A DNA stretch of 64,000 nucleotides from Candidatus Moraniibacteriota bacterium (GTDB lineage Bacteria; Patescibacteriota; Minisyncoccia; Moranbacterales; DUUL01): positions 3,300 to 67,299 of the forward strand of contig JALVDV010000005.1 in NCBI GenBank assembly GCA_027008775.1. The letters are read 5' to 3'. Position numbers and translations under genes: made by a program. The notes under the pieces are model-generated. The model was not told the origin of the DNA and searched no databases. It worked only from the letters and a program-made list of their open reading frames with translations. Positions 20,991 to 31,003 of the stretch are shown here, piece after piece (positions within the stretch are counted from its first letter, which is position 1; each line of letters begins with the position of its first letter).

Positions 20991-21272
20991 TTAACTGATA
21001 TAAATGAGGTCGGACTCTTCATGTTTAGCGTAACCGTATCTTTTAACTTTTTTCTTGCATCCTTCACATAACCGGAAAATATAAATACTATCGGCATTAC
21101 TGAATTTTTTCTGATATCTTAATTCTACCTCAGTTAAAATATTTTGCAAGACTCGTTCACTATCACGTACTTGCCAAACCGAGTATTGAATACGATTGCC
21201 GTATTTTTCCAAAAAACGCGCAAATTTGGTCCTTGTTTTGTCATTTTCAAAATCGTAAGAAACAATCAGCAT
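20991..21272 (-). CDS. cas2: CRISPR-associated endoribonuclease Cas2
   Basis: MLIVSYD...FLEKYGNRIQYSVW; adjacent to the array. Confidence 0.95.
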   Translation of the reverse strand: MLIVSYDFENDKTRTKFARFLEKYGNRIQYSVWQVRDSERVLQNILTEVELRYQKKFSNADSIYIFRLCEGCKKKVKRYGYAKHEESDLIYIS

Positions 21273-21281
21273 AAATTCATT

Positions 21282-22250
21282 TTAACGAATTACGAAATCT
21301 TTTACTTCACCCTCTTCATTTAAGATTAAATAATAGTAGTTGCGAATATAGTGATAGATGTCCATTTTGTATCGTAAAATTTCTTGTAAGAAAATTTTGG
21401 CGTACTTCCCACTATTTTTGTAAGACAAATAGTATTGTCCTTGTTTGTAGCCAAAATCTTTTTTGTCAAATTGTCCCAAGGTATGCATTTTAAACAGAGC
21501 CTTTTCAATTATACAGCGAAATGGTTCCATCATATCACAGGCTAAAGATTTTCTCTGAAAAAATAGTTGATGATAAATTCCTTTATAAGTATCAAAACCG
21601 TAAACTCGCAAAATGGAATCAATAAAATGAAAAAGGAAATTGTAGCCCATATCAAGCAGGATGTTATTTTCATCAACTTTTCCTCTGGGCACCCGCCGGT
21701 ACCAGTTTATTTTGGAAAAATAAGCGCTAAAAAAGTCTTTGGAAATTACGCCTTCTATTCCTCGGAGTGACGCCAAATCGTTAGTATTTTTTATTTTCTG
21801 GCGCATTTCTCTTTTATATTGCAAACGAGATTTCTTGTTAATTTTTTTAATTCCGGCACTACGCAACAAGGCAATTGAATTTCGTAATTTATTGGCAACG
21901 ATTTTTTGGGAAATTTTCAGAGATTGTTCCGGAGACAAAGAATATTGTTTTTGGCGCAAAATATAATTTCCTTCGGCATAAGCGCCCGTGTTAGCATAAG
22001 TCTCAAAATTACGTTTCAAAAAATACAAGGAGGCGCCGACTCGTGAAATTTTTTGCAATAACTTGCTAGTAATGGTTAGGTCTCCAATAATAAAAATTGC
22101 CACCAATTTGTTGACGGGAATTTTATCCTTAGTTTTTCCATCTTCTCTAATTAAAATATTTTCATTACGCAAACTCAATTGGCAATCGGGAATTTTCATT
22201 GCATCTAAGAAAAATATTTGTCTTTCTTTGAAATCGGGCGCCTGGATCAT
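21282..22250 (-). CDS. cas1: CRISPR-associated endonuclease Cas1 (type V-A); likely start at MIQAPDFKERQ
   Basis: LRGIEG, NILLDMGY, GFDTYKGIYH, SLACDMMEPFR; the ORF extends to 22355 but that part overlaps cas4. Confidence 0.95.
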   Translation of the reverse strand: MIQAPDFKERQIFFLDAMKIPDCQLSLRNENILIREDGKTKDKIPVNKLVAIFIIGDLTITSKLLQKISRVGASLYFLKRNFETYANTGAYAEGNYILRQKQYSLSPEQSLKISQKIVANKLRNSIALLRSAGIKKINKKSRLQYKREMRQKIKNTNDLASLRGIEGVISKDFFSAYFSKINWYRRVPRGKVDENNILLDMGYNFLFHFIDSILRVYGFDTYKGIYHQLFFQRKSLACDMMEPFRCIIEKALFKMHTLGQFDKKDFGYKQGQYYLSYKNSGKYAKIFLQEILRYKMDIYHYIRNYYYLILNEEGEVKDFVIR

Positions 22251-22260
22251 GGTGTTGAAA

Positions 22261-22842
22261 TTAAAAGTTAACTGCCGCATTTTGACGAGTTGCTCCACTT
22301 TCCTGACGGCATAACTCACGATAAATACAAGCAGAACATTTAGCCTTGCTAACATTTGTGTTTTTATGAAAGCTGAAACTTCTTATTTCAGAAAGTGTTT
22401 GCCAAAATAACTCTTTCTGTTTTTCGCCAATTTCAACCGGATAAACACGATTATCAACCAATGAATAAAGTTTTATTTTTTTAACGGGATATCCCATTTC
22501 CTCCAAGCACAATTTTTGAGCATATAATTGAAATAGATATCCGTCATAGACTTTTTTGATCATTCGCTTTCTTTCAATCAACTCCTGTTTTTTGGTGTCA
22601 TAGATATCAATCTTACCGATTATTCCGTGTCGGGCGGAGAAAACTTCCATTCCTTGTAAAATATTTTTTCGGGAAGAAAATTTTCCTTCTTCTACGCTTT
22701 TATGCGCAATTGTACCGGCAATCTGCGGGCGCGCTTTATATTGCGTTTTATCAAAACTTTCATAAACGCTGTGGAAATACAACGATCGCGGGCAAAAAGT
22801 GAAATCATTGATTTTAGAAATTTGGATATAATCGTAGTACAT
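22261..22842 (-). CDS. cas4: CRISPR-associated exonuclease Cas4 (type V-A)
   Basis: FCPR, GKID, ERK, QLYAQ and the C-terminal Fe-S cysteines CSACIYRELC; likely start at MYYDY. Confidence 0.95.
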   Translation of the reverse strand: MYYDYIQISKINDFTFCPRSLYFHSVYESFDKTQYKARPQIAGTIAHKSVEEGKFSSRKNILQGMEVFSARHGIIGKIDIYDTKKQELIERKRMIKKVYDGYLFQLYAQKLCLEEMGYPVKKIKLYSLVDNRVYPVEIGEKQKELFWQTLSEIRSFSFHKNTNVSKAKCSACIYRELCRQESGATRQNAAVNF

Positions 22843-22859
22843 ATTTTTTTGCTTAAATG

Positions 22860-22898
22860 AAAACAGCGCATTGTAGCACAAACACGCTGTTTTGTCTA
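22860..22898 (-). promoter_or_regulatory. internal promoter for cas4-cas1-cas2 with an overlapping inverted repeat
   Basis: TAGACA-N17-(TG)TACAAT, with AAAACAGCG...CGCTGTTTT flanking the -10. Confidence 0.55.
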
Positions 22899-22917
22899 GA
22901 TGTCTATAGCAGGACCA

Positions 22918-25900
22918 TTAGTTATTATTTATTGCTCTTCTTTCAAATTCTGGATAAATAAGATTATAAGCCGCCAAAGTATCTGGAGAATCTATTCCAA
23001 GCTCATTATTTCCTATTTCAAAATCGCAAAACTGACATTTTTGCGTAATTTTTATATATTTTTTAATTCCGTCTTTATTAGTGAAATTAAATTGTAGGCA
23101 TTCAGGGCAAAAAGAGCTACTTTTACCAGTTGGCAAATACTTTATAATTCCCGCTTGTTTTAATTTTTTGATCTCTGCAAAGTAAATTGTTTGCCCCAAT
23201 TTTGGCGGAACTAAATCAAAATCATTTTCAATTTTTCCAAGTCTTCTGTAAAGAGCCCATTCAAATTCCCTGCTTATTGCCCTGCCGTTTTTACTGTGGT
23301 CATCCTTGAATTGAGCCGATAGGTCTTCAAGGTGAATAATCGCTTGGTTGTTAAATTCTTTTTCAATCAAATACGCTATCACACCTGCAATATTGCTTGC
23401 CAAAGCTTCTTTTGTGTTTTTAGGCAAAGTATCTATTGAAATTTGTCCTATTTTTATGAGTGGCAATACTCGTTCATTAAATATCTTCAACTTGTGTTCC
23501 AACACTTTTATCAAAAAAGCAGAAATGAAATTTTCTTTAACATCTTCTGTAATATTCCCATTTAAATACAAATAACTTGCATTTATTCCAAATTTTTTAG
23601 AATTTATTCCATTAAATTTAAGCTGAATTGTTTTTGTTTTATCAACAAACCCAGGTTCAGCCACTATAAGGTTTTCTACCTGCTCAATGTTCAAATCTGC
23701 AAAAGTGATATACATTAGTTGATTTACAACTGATGAAATATCAGCATTCATAATCACTTTATCTTTAATAACTTTTGCATAACTTAAATTTTCTTGGCTT
23801 ATTTCTTTTTCTATTAAGTGCTTGGTGTATTTTGTATAAGGCTTATTCTCATCAAACAAAAGCGATGGGTTTAAAAATATTTTAACTGCACCTTCTTGAT
23901 TTTCATCAAATATCTTTTTGTAATCTATGTAGTAAACCTGTATTTTCTGAAACTTTACTCTACCTTCCTCAATCTTTCCAAAAACAGCAGACACAAGTTC
24001 TGATTCACCCCTATCCAAACCAATTCTTACCGCATTTTTTAAGTTTTCATTAACCACTTTGTTTAATTCAAATATTCTTGTCTCCAAATCTTCATCTTGC
24101 GCAAAAGCTGGCAAAAAGTCTTCTTCTTCTTTTGCGTTTTTTGTAATAGTAAAGACAATGCTTAGTCTATCTTTACCACGTCTTGTTTTGCTTGCTAATT
24201 CTTTTAGCTCTTCACTACTTTGAGTATCAAGTCCTAATTCTAGGAAAATCTTAATCTCTGGGTTTAGTCTAATTGATTCAAAATCTTGTTTTTTAATACT
24301 TTGGAGTAATTCTTTTTCCTCCTTTAAGTATCTTCTGTTTTGCCTGTAATTTCCTTTTACTCCTGAGCTAGTAAGTAAAAACAAATTGCTAAATTGCAAA
24401 TTGTTTGGGTTGTTAAATTTCTTTTGTGCTTCTTGAATTAGTTTTATTAATTTACCACTATTTACATTTGCAACTAAAACAAAATTATAAAGCTCTGTAA
24501 AATCTTTTTTAAAGTCAGCTACATCGCTGTAATCTTTCTCTACAATTGAAATTGATTTTTCAGCAAACGAATGACTCAACTCAATATGACTAAATCGATT
24601 TTTTGAATTACAAATAAGCTTATCTACGACACCTATAAATTTATCAGCTTCTTTTTGTTCTTGTCCTCCAAGTGATGCATATTCTATAAGCTTTTTAAAC
24701 TCTTCTACTACTTTACATTTAAGTGCTGCTGCTTTTGTGCTATTAATAGATCCTGCATCAAGCAAGTATTTAATCAAAAACGCTTTAAATGCAAAAATTG
24801 TATGCCATTTGCCAGCTTTAAAAAATGGGATGAGCTCGCCCAAATTAGCACTTATCAAAGTCTTTGCAGAACGGAGAGTTAAAGATTCTATTTTGTAAAT
24901 TTTCTTGTCTCCAACAGGTTCATTTAATCTCTCAAGAGTGTATAAAAATTCTTTTTTAAATTTTTTGGGAACAAGTAATAAATCAAAGTTTTCATCTTTT
25001 TTATCTAAAACAAGCAATGCCAGATGGCTTAAATTTTTTTTATCCTTTTTATATGTTGCTATTTTTGCTTTTATATTGCCAATATATTTTGCAACTTTGT
25101 TTTTATTTTGAATAAAGTTAGATTTGTTTATTATGTGTGTATAATTTGTACCTGCTGTGTGCGCCGCCTTTTGTTTTTTATTGAGCAAAATTTCAATTAT
25201 TTGAGATTCTTCCAAGTTATCTTCTGACTTGTTGTTTATGATTTTTGCTAGCTCATTAGCTGCATTTTTGCGCTCTGGTTTTATTTGATATTTTTTGTTT
25301 TCTTTTCCAATCAAGTTATCAATTAAAACTTTTAAAATTCTGTTTCGCAAAAATTTAATTAGAAAATCATCTTTAATATTTGAGGGTAAATCTGGCAAGT
25401 ATTTTTTAAAAATATTTATTGCAGAATTTTTTATGTTCTGATCTATTTTTATTTTATTTACTCTTATTTTGTCTTTATTAGATTTTACAAATTCTTCCAA
25501 ATCAGAACCAATAATCTGCTTTGCAAGCTCATCTACCTCTTTTTTCAATCCTTTTATTTCAGTTTTATAACCTTCCGCAATAATTTTGTAAAACTTTTTT
25601 GTCCATTTCCCCGCTTCCTCTACTGTAATAAAGTTATCATTAATTGATTTTCCTAGATAATTCATCGTTGCTTTAAATGCATTTTTATGACCTGCTACAA
25701 ATCTGCTTATGTAATTTAAGTTATCTTTAAGATCCCCCGCCCAAACTTTTTGGGTCAACTTATCTTCTTCTTCTTTAATCTTTTTTTCTCTTTCTTCGAG
25801 AGTAGTTTGTCTTGTAAGAGTATGTTCGTTTAGCGATGCTGTTATGACTTCGTGAAATATGGAGAGTGATTCTTTGAGCTTATCTAAAATTTTTGATAGT

Positions 25901-26487
25901 TTTGCTAAAGTTTTTTGCAACTCTGCAAACTCTTGCGGAACAAGATCATCAGAATGATAATTTTGCTTTTGGATCAAATCAATTGCTTCTTTTAAGGTTG
26001 GCGCTTTTCGTTTTAGCAACTCATGTTCTATATCGAGTGAGCTTTTAAAGATTTCATCTAATATTTTTCTTGTATTTTTAGGAGAAAAATTGGGTGTATT
26101 TTTTTCTGTTAGTTGTTTTTCGAGCGAAATGAGTGATTCGTTTGTTTTTTTAAATAAAGTTGAGAAGAACCCTTTAAGTTTACGACTATTTAAGCGCAAG
26201 CTATCTGCTCGCCCAGAACCTGAAATAAACAAACCAAACTCTGACCCAATGATATGCGGAGAAAGTTTTAGCTTGTAGAGTAAACTTTTGTATTCATCTT
26301 TTTTTACTTCTTCTTTGTCAAATAATTCTATTACTTTCTTTAAAATCTCTATAAGTCTGGAACACAATTCTTCAGGATCAGCTGTATTCTTTTTATAAGT
26401 CTCGATTGCATTTTTTAAATTAGACTCAAAATTTTCATTAACTTTCAAAGCCAGTCTAATAGCAGATGTTTTTTGATACTTGTTCAT
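22918..26487 (-). CDS. second type V effector: Cas12a2/Cms1-related (Cas12a3-like) RuvC nuclease, 1189 aa
   Basis: N-term MNKYQKTSAIRL; RuvC-I IGLDRGESEL; RuvC-II IIHLEDL; RuvC-III IDSPDTLAAYNL; Zn ribbon CPEC...CQFC. Also Cms1-clade-like signatures ESLTLR, IRLNPEI, AKVIKDKVIMNAD, NTKEALASNIAGVIAYL and EWALYRR...VPP. Confidence 0.85.
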   Translation of the reverse strand: MNKYQKTSAIRLALKVNENFESNLKNAIETYKKNTADPEELCSRLIEILKKVIELFDKEEVKKDEYKSLLYKLKLSPHIIGSEFGLFISGSGRADSLRLNSRKLKGFFSTLFKKTNESLISLEKQLTEKNTPNFSPKNTRKILDEIFKSSLDIEHELLKRKAPTLKEAIDLIQKQNYHSDDLVPQEFAELQKTLAKLSKILDKLKESLSIFHEVITASLNEHTLTRQTTLEEREKKIKEEEDKLTQKVWAGDLKDNLNYISRFVAGHKNAFKATMNYLGKSINDNFITVEEAGKWTKKFYKIIAEGYKTEIKGLKKEVDELAKQIIGSDLEEFVKSNKDKIRVNKIKIDQNIKNSAINIFKKYLPDLPSNIKDDFLIKFLRNRILKVLIDNLIGKENKKYQIKPERKNAANELAKIINNKSEDNLEESQIIEILLNKKQKAAHTAGTNYTHIINKSNFIQNKNKVAKYIGNIKAKIATYKKDKKNLSHLALLVLDKKDENFDLLLVPKKFKKEFLYTLERLNEPVGDKKIYKIESLTLRSAKTLISANLGELIPFFKAGKWHTIFAFKAFLIKYLLDAGSINSTKAAALKCKVVEEFKKLIEYASLGGQEQKEADKFIGVVDKLICNSKNRFSHIELSHSFAEKSISIVEKDYSDVADFKKDFTELYNFVLVANVNSGKLIKLIQEAQKKFNNPNNLQFSNLFLLTSSGVKGNYRQNRRYLKEEKELLQSIKKQDFESIRLNPEIKIFLELGLDTQSSEELKELASKTRRGKDRLSIVFTITKNAKEEEDFLPAFAQDEDLETRIFELNKVVNENLKNAVRIGLDRGESELVSAVFGKIEEGRVKFQKIQVYYIDYKKIFDENQEGAVKIFLNPSLLFDENKPYTKYTKHLIEKEISQENLSYAKVIKDKVIMNADISSVVNQLMYITFADLNIEQVENLIVAEPGFVDKTKTIQLKFNGINSKKFGINASYLYLNGNITEDVKENFISAFLIKVLEHKLKIFNERVLPLIKIGQISIDTLPKNTKEALASNIAGVIAYLIEKEFNNQAIIHLEDLSAQFKDDHSKNGRAISREFEWALYRRLGKIENDFDLVPPKLGQTIYFAEIKKLKQAGIIKYLPTGKSSSFCPECLQFNFTNKDGIKKYIKITQKCQFCDFEIGNNELGIDSPDTLAAYNLIYPEFERRAINNN

Positions 26488-26506
26488 ATTTGCATTTTAG
26501 CATATT

Positions 26507-29500
26507 TTATAAATCTCTTTGTTCACTTCTCTGTTGGTGTGTATACTCATCCCACTCTTTCAAAATGACTTTTGCCTTGTTTTTTTCCGCAAGATTTTGT
26601 TTTGCGAGTATTCCTTTTCTCGCAATATTATATGCACCAACTGCGTCGCCGTTTATAAGATGGTTTGCTTTTCTTGTATCAAAGTGACAACTTGGACATT
26701 GTAAAACATCTCTTTTGTCATCCTCTATGTCAGACCAGTTATCTTCAAAACGCAAGTTAGTCCAGTATTTAAGGGCCATTTTAAGTTTTGAAAAACTTAC
26801 TTCAATATCGGGAATTTCAAAAATATTTTTGTTAATGGCTAAATCATCCAAATCAACATCCAACAAAGCTTCTTTTAAAATTTTTGTTACATTAATCCTT
26901 TCTACATTATGCTGTTTTTTTCTCCAGACTGATCTATCTATATTGCTGTAAATTGTTTCAAAACCATTTGAATCTGTAAGTAAATAATCTGAACGGAATG
27001 GAATTTCATTGCCGCTGGGATTTTTATATTTATATTCCCATTTGTATTTTACAATAAATCTGTCGTTTTCTTTATCGTAGAATAGTTGCAAGTCTTTTTT
27101 ATCCATCATTTTTCTTATGTCTTTGCTTGAACCAAAATTTACACCCCGTCTTCTGTATCCGCACTTCGGACAAGTTTTTGAGGTAAACTTTGCATCCACA
27201 TAAAACACAACCCCTTGTTGTGAGCCCCATTTGTATTGCGGACCAACAGGTGGAACAAGTTGGTATGCATTTCTTATCCCTCCTGAGGTCTTTTCTTTTA
27301 CAAAGTATTCAAGCTTATGCAGAAGCGCATTTTCAAGTTGCTGATAAATATTTTTTTCAATTTTCATCCTTCCGCGCTTGAAGCCTCTGTTTAGCTCTTC
27401 CATTGTAAGAATCGTGTTATTATCAACAATCATTTCAGCAAGTTTGCGTATAACAAAAGATATGTAACCCTTCTTTAAGTCTTTTATCTGCTCTATTGTT
27501 TTCCAAAGCTTTCTGTTTTTCATTCTTTGCTCCTCCCTTGCAGTTAGTTTTTCCTGAAATTTAATGCCTTCTATTTCATTTAAAGAATCTATCTCTTTTA
27601 TATTTCCATCTTTATCAAGCAGGCAATAATAAGCCAAATGCTTTTCTCCTCTGTCTACTCCTATAACAGAGATTTCATCTTTATTATTTTTTATATATTC
27701 TTTAATTTCATCAGCAACTCCCCCCTTTCCTGCCAGCCTGTTTATTTCTATTGGAACATGGAATAATATTTTTGGACTTGCAAATCTCTTTTTTCTGTAA
27801 GGAATTTTATCTGTTTTTGGTTTTTTTAGTTCTGCTTTTGAAACTTTTTCTCTTTCTGACTCTGGCAATGCATCACGGAAAAATACTTCTGCTTGACCGG
27901 ATAGTTTAAATTGCGAATTCTTTTTATTTTCTGCTGAAAACAGCTCCAAAAAGTATAGAGTATGAATGTTTTTTGTTGAATCTGCCTCTTTTTTATCTGA
28001 AAAATCTTTATTGTAAATTTCAAATAACACCAAATTTGTAGGCGGATTCTTTTTGTTTACATTAATAAATTCTATTTCATACATATATTTTTCAAGGGTC
28101 GCAATATAACACATAGCAACTTCATTTCCAGATAAAACACCTTCTTTTTTATCAAGAATGCTTTTTATTTTATTAACAATGCAGTGTAACGGAATTGTGT
28201 TTAATATTTGTTCATCTACCAGATATTTTGACAATTCTTCCATTCTATCAAGTTTAGTACTCTTATCAGAATCATCGTCTTTGTATTCAGTAGAAAACTT
28301 TTTCGCATACAAACTCGACAGTTTTTCATAAGATAATTCAAAATCAACTTTACCTGATTCCAATAAAGCTACTATTTCTTTAAATTTATCTGTTATTGCA
28401 CTAAAATAATTTGTCTTAACAAATTTTTCATTCAAAAATTCTGCAAGCATTTTATTAATCTTTTTTACAGCCGTGTCAGGATTCTCTTTTCGTAATCTTT
28501 CAAGGGTGTAATTTGGTGAAGATTCATTAAAGTACCCTCTCCAACTAGATCCAAACAAGGTTTTATTCTTTAGTAGCTTGTATTCCATTATTTCAAAACC
28601 GTCTAAATTAAAATTGTTTTCTATCCTAAATGGCAATTTAGCATTAATTCCAAGATGATACTTATCATTCTTTTTTAATATAAATGCCTCATACTGATTT
28701 CCCCATCTGTTTTCTGTCTTTTTCAAAGACCATCCATCTGCTAGTTTTTGCCTTTCAAAAGTAAGCTTTATCTTATCCTCAACAACTATCGCTTTCGTAG
28801 CATAATTTCGCGTAGCATTGAATGCTTCGTTGATTTTGTTTTTTCTCGGATTTATTTTTACAATTTCTTGCAAAGCTTTATTTGTGTACAAACTTTCATC
28901 GTCTGCCAATTCAAACAAGTAAAGGAATTTGTTCATATCATTCAAGCGGTAAAACAAAATGCTTAACTTTTCCATGTAGTCATTACGTTTATTTTTGCTT
29001 TCTTTTATCTGTTCACCATGCGCGCTGACATAAGATTTTAAATCTTCAAACAACTCTCTTAAACTTTTATGCTCTGGGCAAGTTTTTTTGTCACAACTTT
29101 CTTCCATTTCTTTTTCTTCAACTGCTGTGTGCCAAGCTCTTCCATTTCTTAATGAATTAAAGTAAAGCTCAAATACTAAAAGTAAGTTATACAAAGCGGC
29201 GTCGCCTGTATCTTCTTGAGAAAATTTTTGTAGTTCTTCTTTTGGTAAGTTCCACGCGCTTTCTTCTTTTACCAATTTATACAAATCTTTTCCTGTAAGA
29301 TTTATTTTTGTCTTTTCTGAGCTGTCTGGATCTTCAACTTTAAACCTAAAAATTTGCACCAACTCACTCAGCGCTATTTCATTCTCATCTAAGAATTTGT
29401 TTACAGAATCAATAACTTGCTTTTCTTCCCCTGTCAATTCATCGTCTTTTTTGTTCTTTAATTCTTCTTTTACTCTTTTTACCGCATCGCGAAATACTTC

Positions 29501-30883
29501 CCAATTTCCAAATGCAAAATTAGATATGAAAGATAGCTGATTTGTATTTAGCCTAAACTCGCCTAATTCAGTCTCCGGGAAATTAAGTTTTTTATTTTCT
29601 TTATCAAGAAGTCCTGTAAATATATCTTTATCCAATAAGTCTACCGCGTATTGCAAAAATGGCTTTCCGTCATAATCATTTGCTACCAATAGGAATTTTT
29701 GCAACTCGTCAATAGTATCAAACTCTAAAAATTCATCTTTACTATCACTGTTTTCATCTTTGTTTTCTTTTCCTAAAATTTGCTTGTAAAGTTTTTTAAA
29801 GAAATCCGGTTTTTTGCCTGACCCTTGCAATTTCTCGTTTAAAAATCTGTTTGCAATCCCAACAGCTTTATTGTATATATCAATTTGAGATTGCGATAAA
29901 ACATTTGCAAAATTTTCAGGTTTAAATATATCTGAGTTTACAGATAATTCTTTGCTTAGCTGTTCATCTAATTTTGCTTTGTAGTCTTTTTCGGCTATTT
30001 GACTTAAATATTTTTGATAGTTTTGTACAAAAAGCTCGGCATTGTCATCAAGAATTCTTGTTGTGATTTGATGTGCGAGGCCTTTTACAATTCCGCTGTT
30101 TTCTGTATCTGAATCATACCCATCGGTATCATATATTTTCGCGCGAATTTGATAGAATTTGCGTAAATAAGTTTTCCATTTATGAAAAAACGAAAATGGA
30201 TTCAATGCGTCTGCTTCTTTACCCCAGCTTATATCTTCTAAATCCCAATCTTGTTCGTCTATATAATGTTTAAAAATCTCAGCTTTTTTTAAATCTTCAA
30301 TAGGAATTTCTCTAAAAGCTTCTACTAATTTATCTGCCCCAGGGTCACCAGCACCTGTTAAAGCATTAAAGTCAATCGTAATATTTCTTTCACCTATCGC
30401 AATTTCTATTGCGTTATTTTTGTTTTTTAAAACCTTGTTTATTGAGCTGGCCAATTCTTTTTTAAGTTTATTTACATTTTTCTCAATATCTGATAAGTCA
30501 TCACTTTCTCTTGATTTTTTGTTTTTATAATCAACTAATTTATTTATAAGTGAGGCAAAATCATCAGAAAGGGATTCTGTATTATCATTTTCACTTAAAA
30601 CCCTGTCTATATACTCTGCATGCAAAGCGGTAACAAGCTTTTTAAACAGAGAAAAAACTCTCGCGCGTTTCTTGTCTCTTTCTAAAAGGTGTACTCCGGT
30701 TTTATTTTTGTTTATAAAATATTTCGCTTTATCTTCCCTTGTAATTTTATCCATACTTGAATACCCTCTCTCGCTTACAATTTCTTCTAGTTCCTCGTCT
30801 ATTAAAACAGGAACGAGTGAGAAGCGAAGCGTTTTTTGTAATGAATACTTGTTCGTAAAATCTTTAAAGCTTTGTGTGGTCAT
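26507..30883 (-). CDS. cas12a: type V-A effector Cas12a (Cpf1), 1458 aa
   Basis: FTNKYSLQKTLRF, FKKLYKQIL, RNYATK...KIKLTF...LADGW, IYNKDFS...NIHTLY, FHVPIEIN; RuvC-I IGVDRGEKHLAY; RuvC-II MEELNRGFKRGR; RuvC-III NGDAVGAYNIARKG. Confidence 0.95.
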   Translation of the reverse strand: MTTQSFKDFTNKYSLQKTLRFSLVPVLIDEELEEIVSERGYSSMDKITREDKAKYFINKNKTGVHLLERDKKRARVFSLFKKLVTALHAEYIDRVLSENDNTESLSDDFASLINKLVDYKNKKSRESDDLSDIEKNVNKLKKELASSINKVLKNKNNAIEIAIGERNITIDFNALTGAGDPGADKLVEAFREIPIEDLKKAEIFKHYIDEQDWDLEDISWGKEADALNPFSFFHKWKTYLRKFYQIRAKIYDTDGYDSDTENSGIVKGLAHQITTRILDDNAELFVQNYQKYLSQIAEKDYKAKLDEQLSKELSVNSDIFKPENFANVLSQSQIDIYNKAVGIANRFLNEKLQGSGKKPDFFKKLYKQILGKENKDENSDSKDEFLEFDTIDELQKFLLVANDYDGKPFLQYAVDLLDKDIFTGLLDKENKKLNFPETELGEFRLNTNQLSFISNFAFGNWEVFRDAVKRVKEELKNKKDDELTGEEKQVIDSVNKFLDENEIALSELVQIFRFKVEDPDSSEKTKINLTGKDLYKLVKEESAWNLPKEELQKFSQEDTGDAALYNLLLVFELYFNSLRNGRAWHTAVEEKEMEESCDKKTCPEHKSLRELFEDLKSYVSAHGEQIKESKNKRNDYMEKLSILFYRLNDMNKFLYLFELADDESLYTNKALQEIVKINPRKNKINEAFNATRNYATKAIVVEDKIKLTFERQKLADGWSLKKTENRWGNQYEAFILKKNDKYHLGINAKLPFRIENNFNLDGFEIMEYKLLKNKTLFGSSWRGYFNESSPNYTLERLRKENPDTAVKKINKMLAEFLNEKFVKTNYFSAITDKFKEIVALLESGKVDFELSYEKLSSLYAKKFSTEYKDDDSDKSTKLDRMEELSKYLVDEQILNTIPLHCIVNKIKSILDKKEGVLSGNEVAMCYIATLEKYMYEIEFINVNKKNPPTNLVLFEIYNKDFSDKKEADSTKNIHTLYFLELFSAENKKNSQFKLSGQAEVFFRDALPESEREKVSKAELKKPKTDKIPYRKKRFASPKILFHVPIEINRLAGKGGVADEIKEYIKNNKDEISVIGVDRGEKHLAYYCLLDKDGNIKEIDSLNEIEGIKFQEKLTAREEQRMKNRKLWKTIEQIKDLKKGYISFVIRKLAEMIVDNNTILTMEELNRGFKRGRMKIEKNIYQQLENALLHKLEYFVKEKTSGGIRNAYQLVPPVGPQYKWGSQQGVVFYVDAKFTSKTCPKCGYRRRGVNFGSSKDIRKMMDKKDLQLFYDKENDRFIVKYKWEYKYKNPSGNEIPFRSDYLLTDSNGFETIYSNIDRSVWRKKQHNVERINVTKILKEALLDVDLDDLAINKNIFEIPDIEVSFSKLKMALKYWTNLRFEDNWSDIEDDKRDVLQCPSCHFDTRKANHLINGDAVGAYNIARKGILAKQNLAEKNKAKVILKEWDEYTHQQRSEQRDL

Positions 30884-30973
30884 AGATAATTTTATTAAAA
30901 CTTATAAATAAACAGAAAAGCTCCCGCAAGGCGAATGTGACCACACACAAAAAAAATACCTCACGGAAGCTTC

Positions 30974-30997
30974 TCAATTTTTGTGTGTGGTCATCAT
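30974..30997 (-). other. putative leaderless uORF MMTTHKN* upstream of cas12a
   Basis: ATG ATG ACC ACA CAC AAA AAT TGA begins at the 7th nt after the -10 TATTAT, the expected TSS position. Confidence 0.45.
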
Positions 30998-31003
30998 GTC
31001 TTT

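Noticed and set aside
19044-21097. Short ORFs with repeating IYKSRNLIGLFE / QIDLSNFYFCR peptides
   Set aside because: They are translations of the 36-bp CRISPR repeat, not genes.
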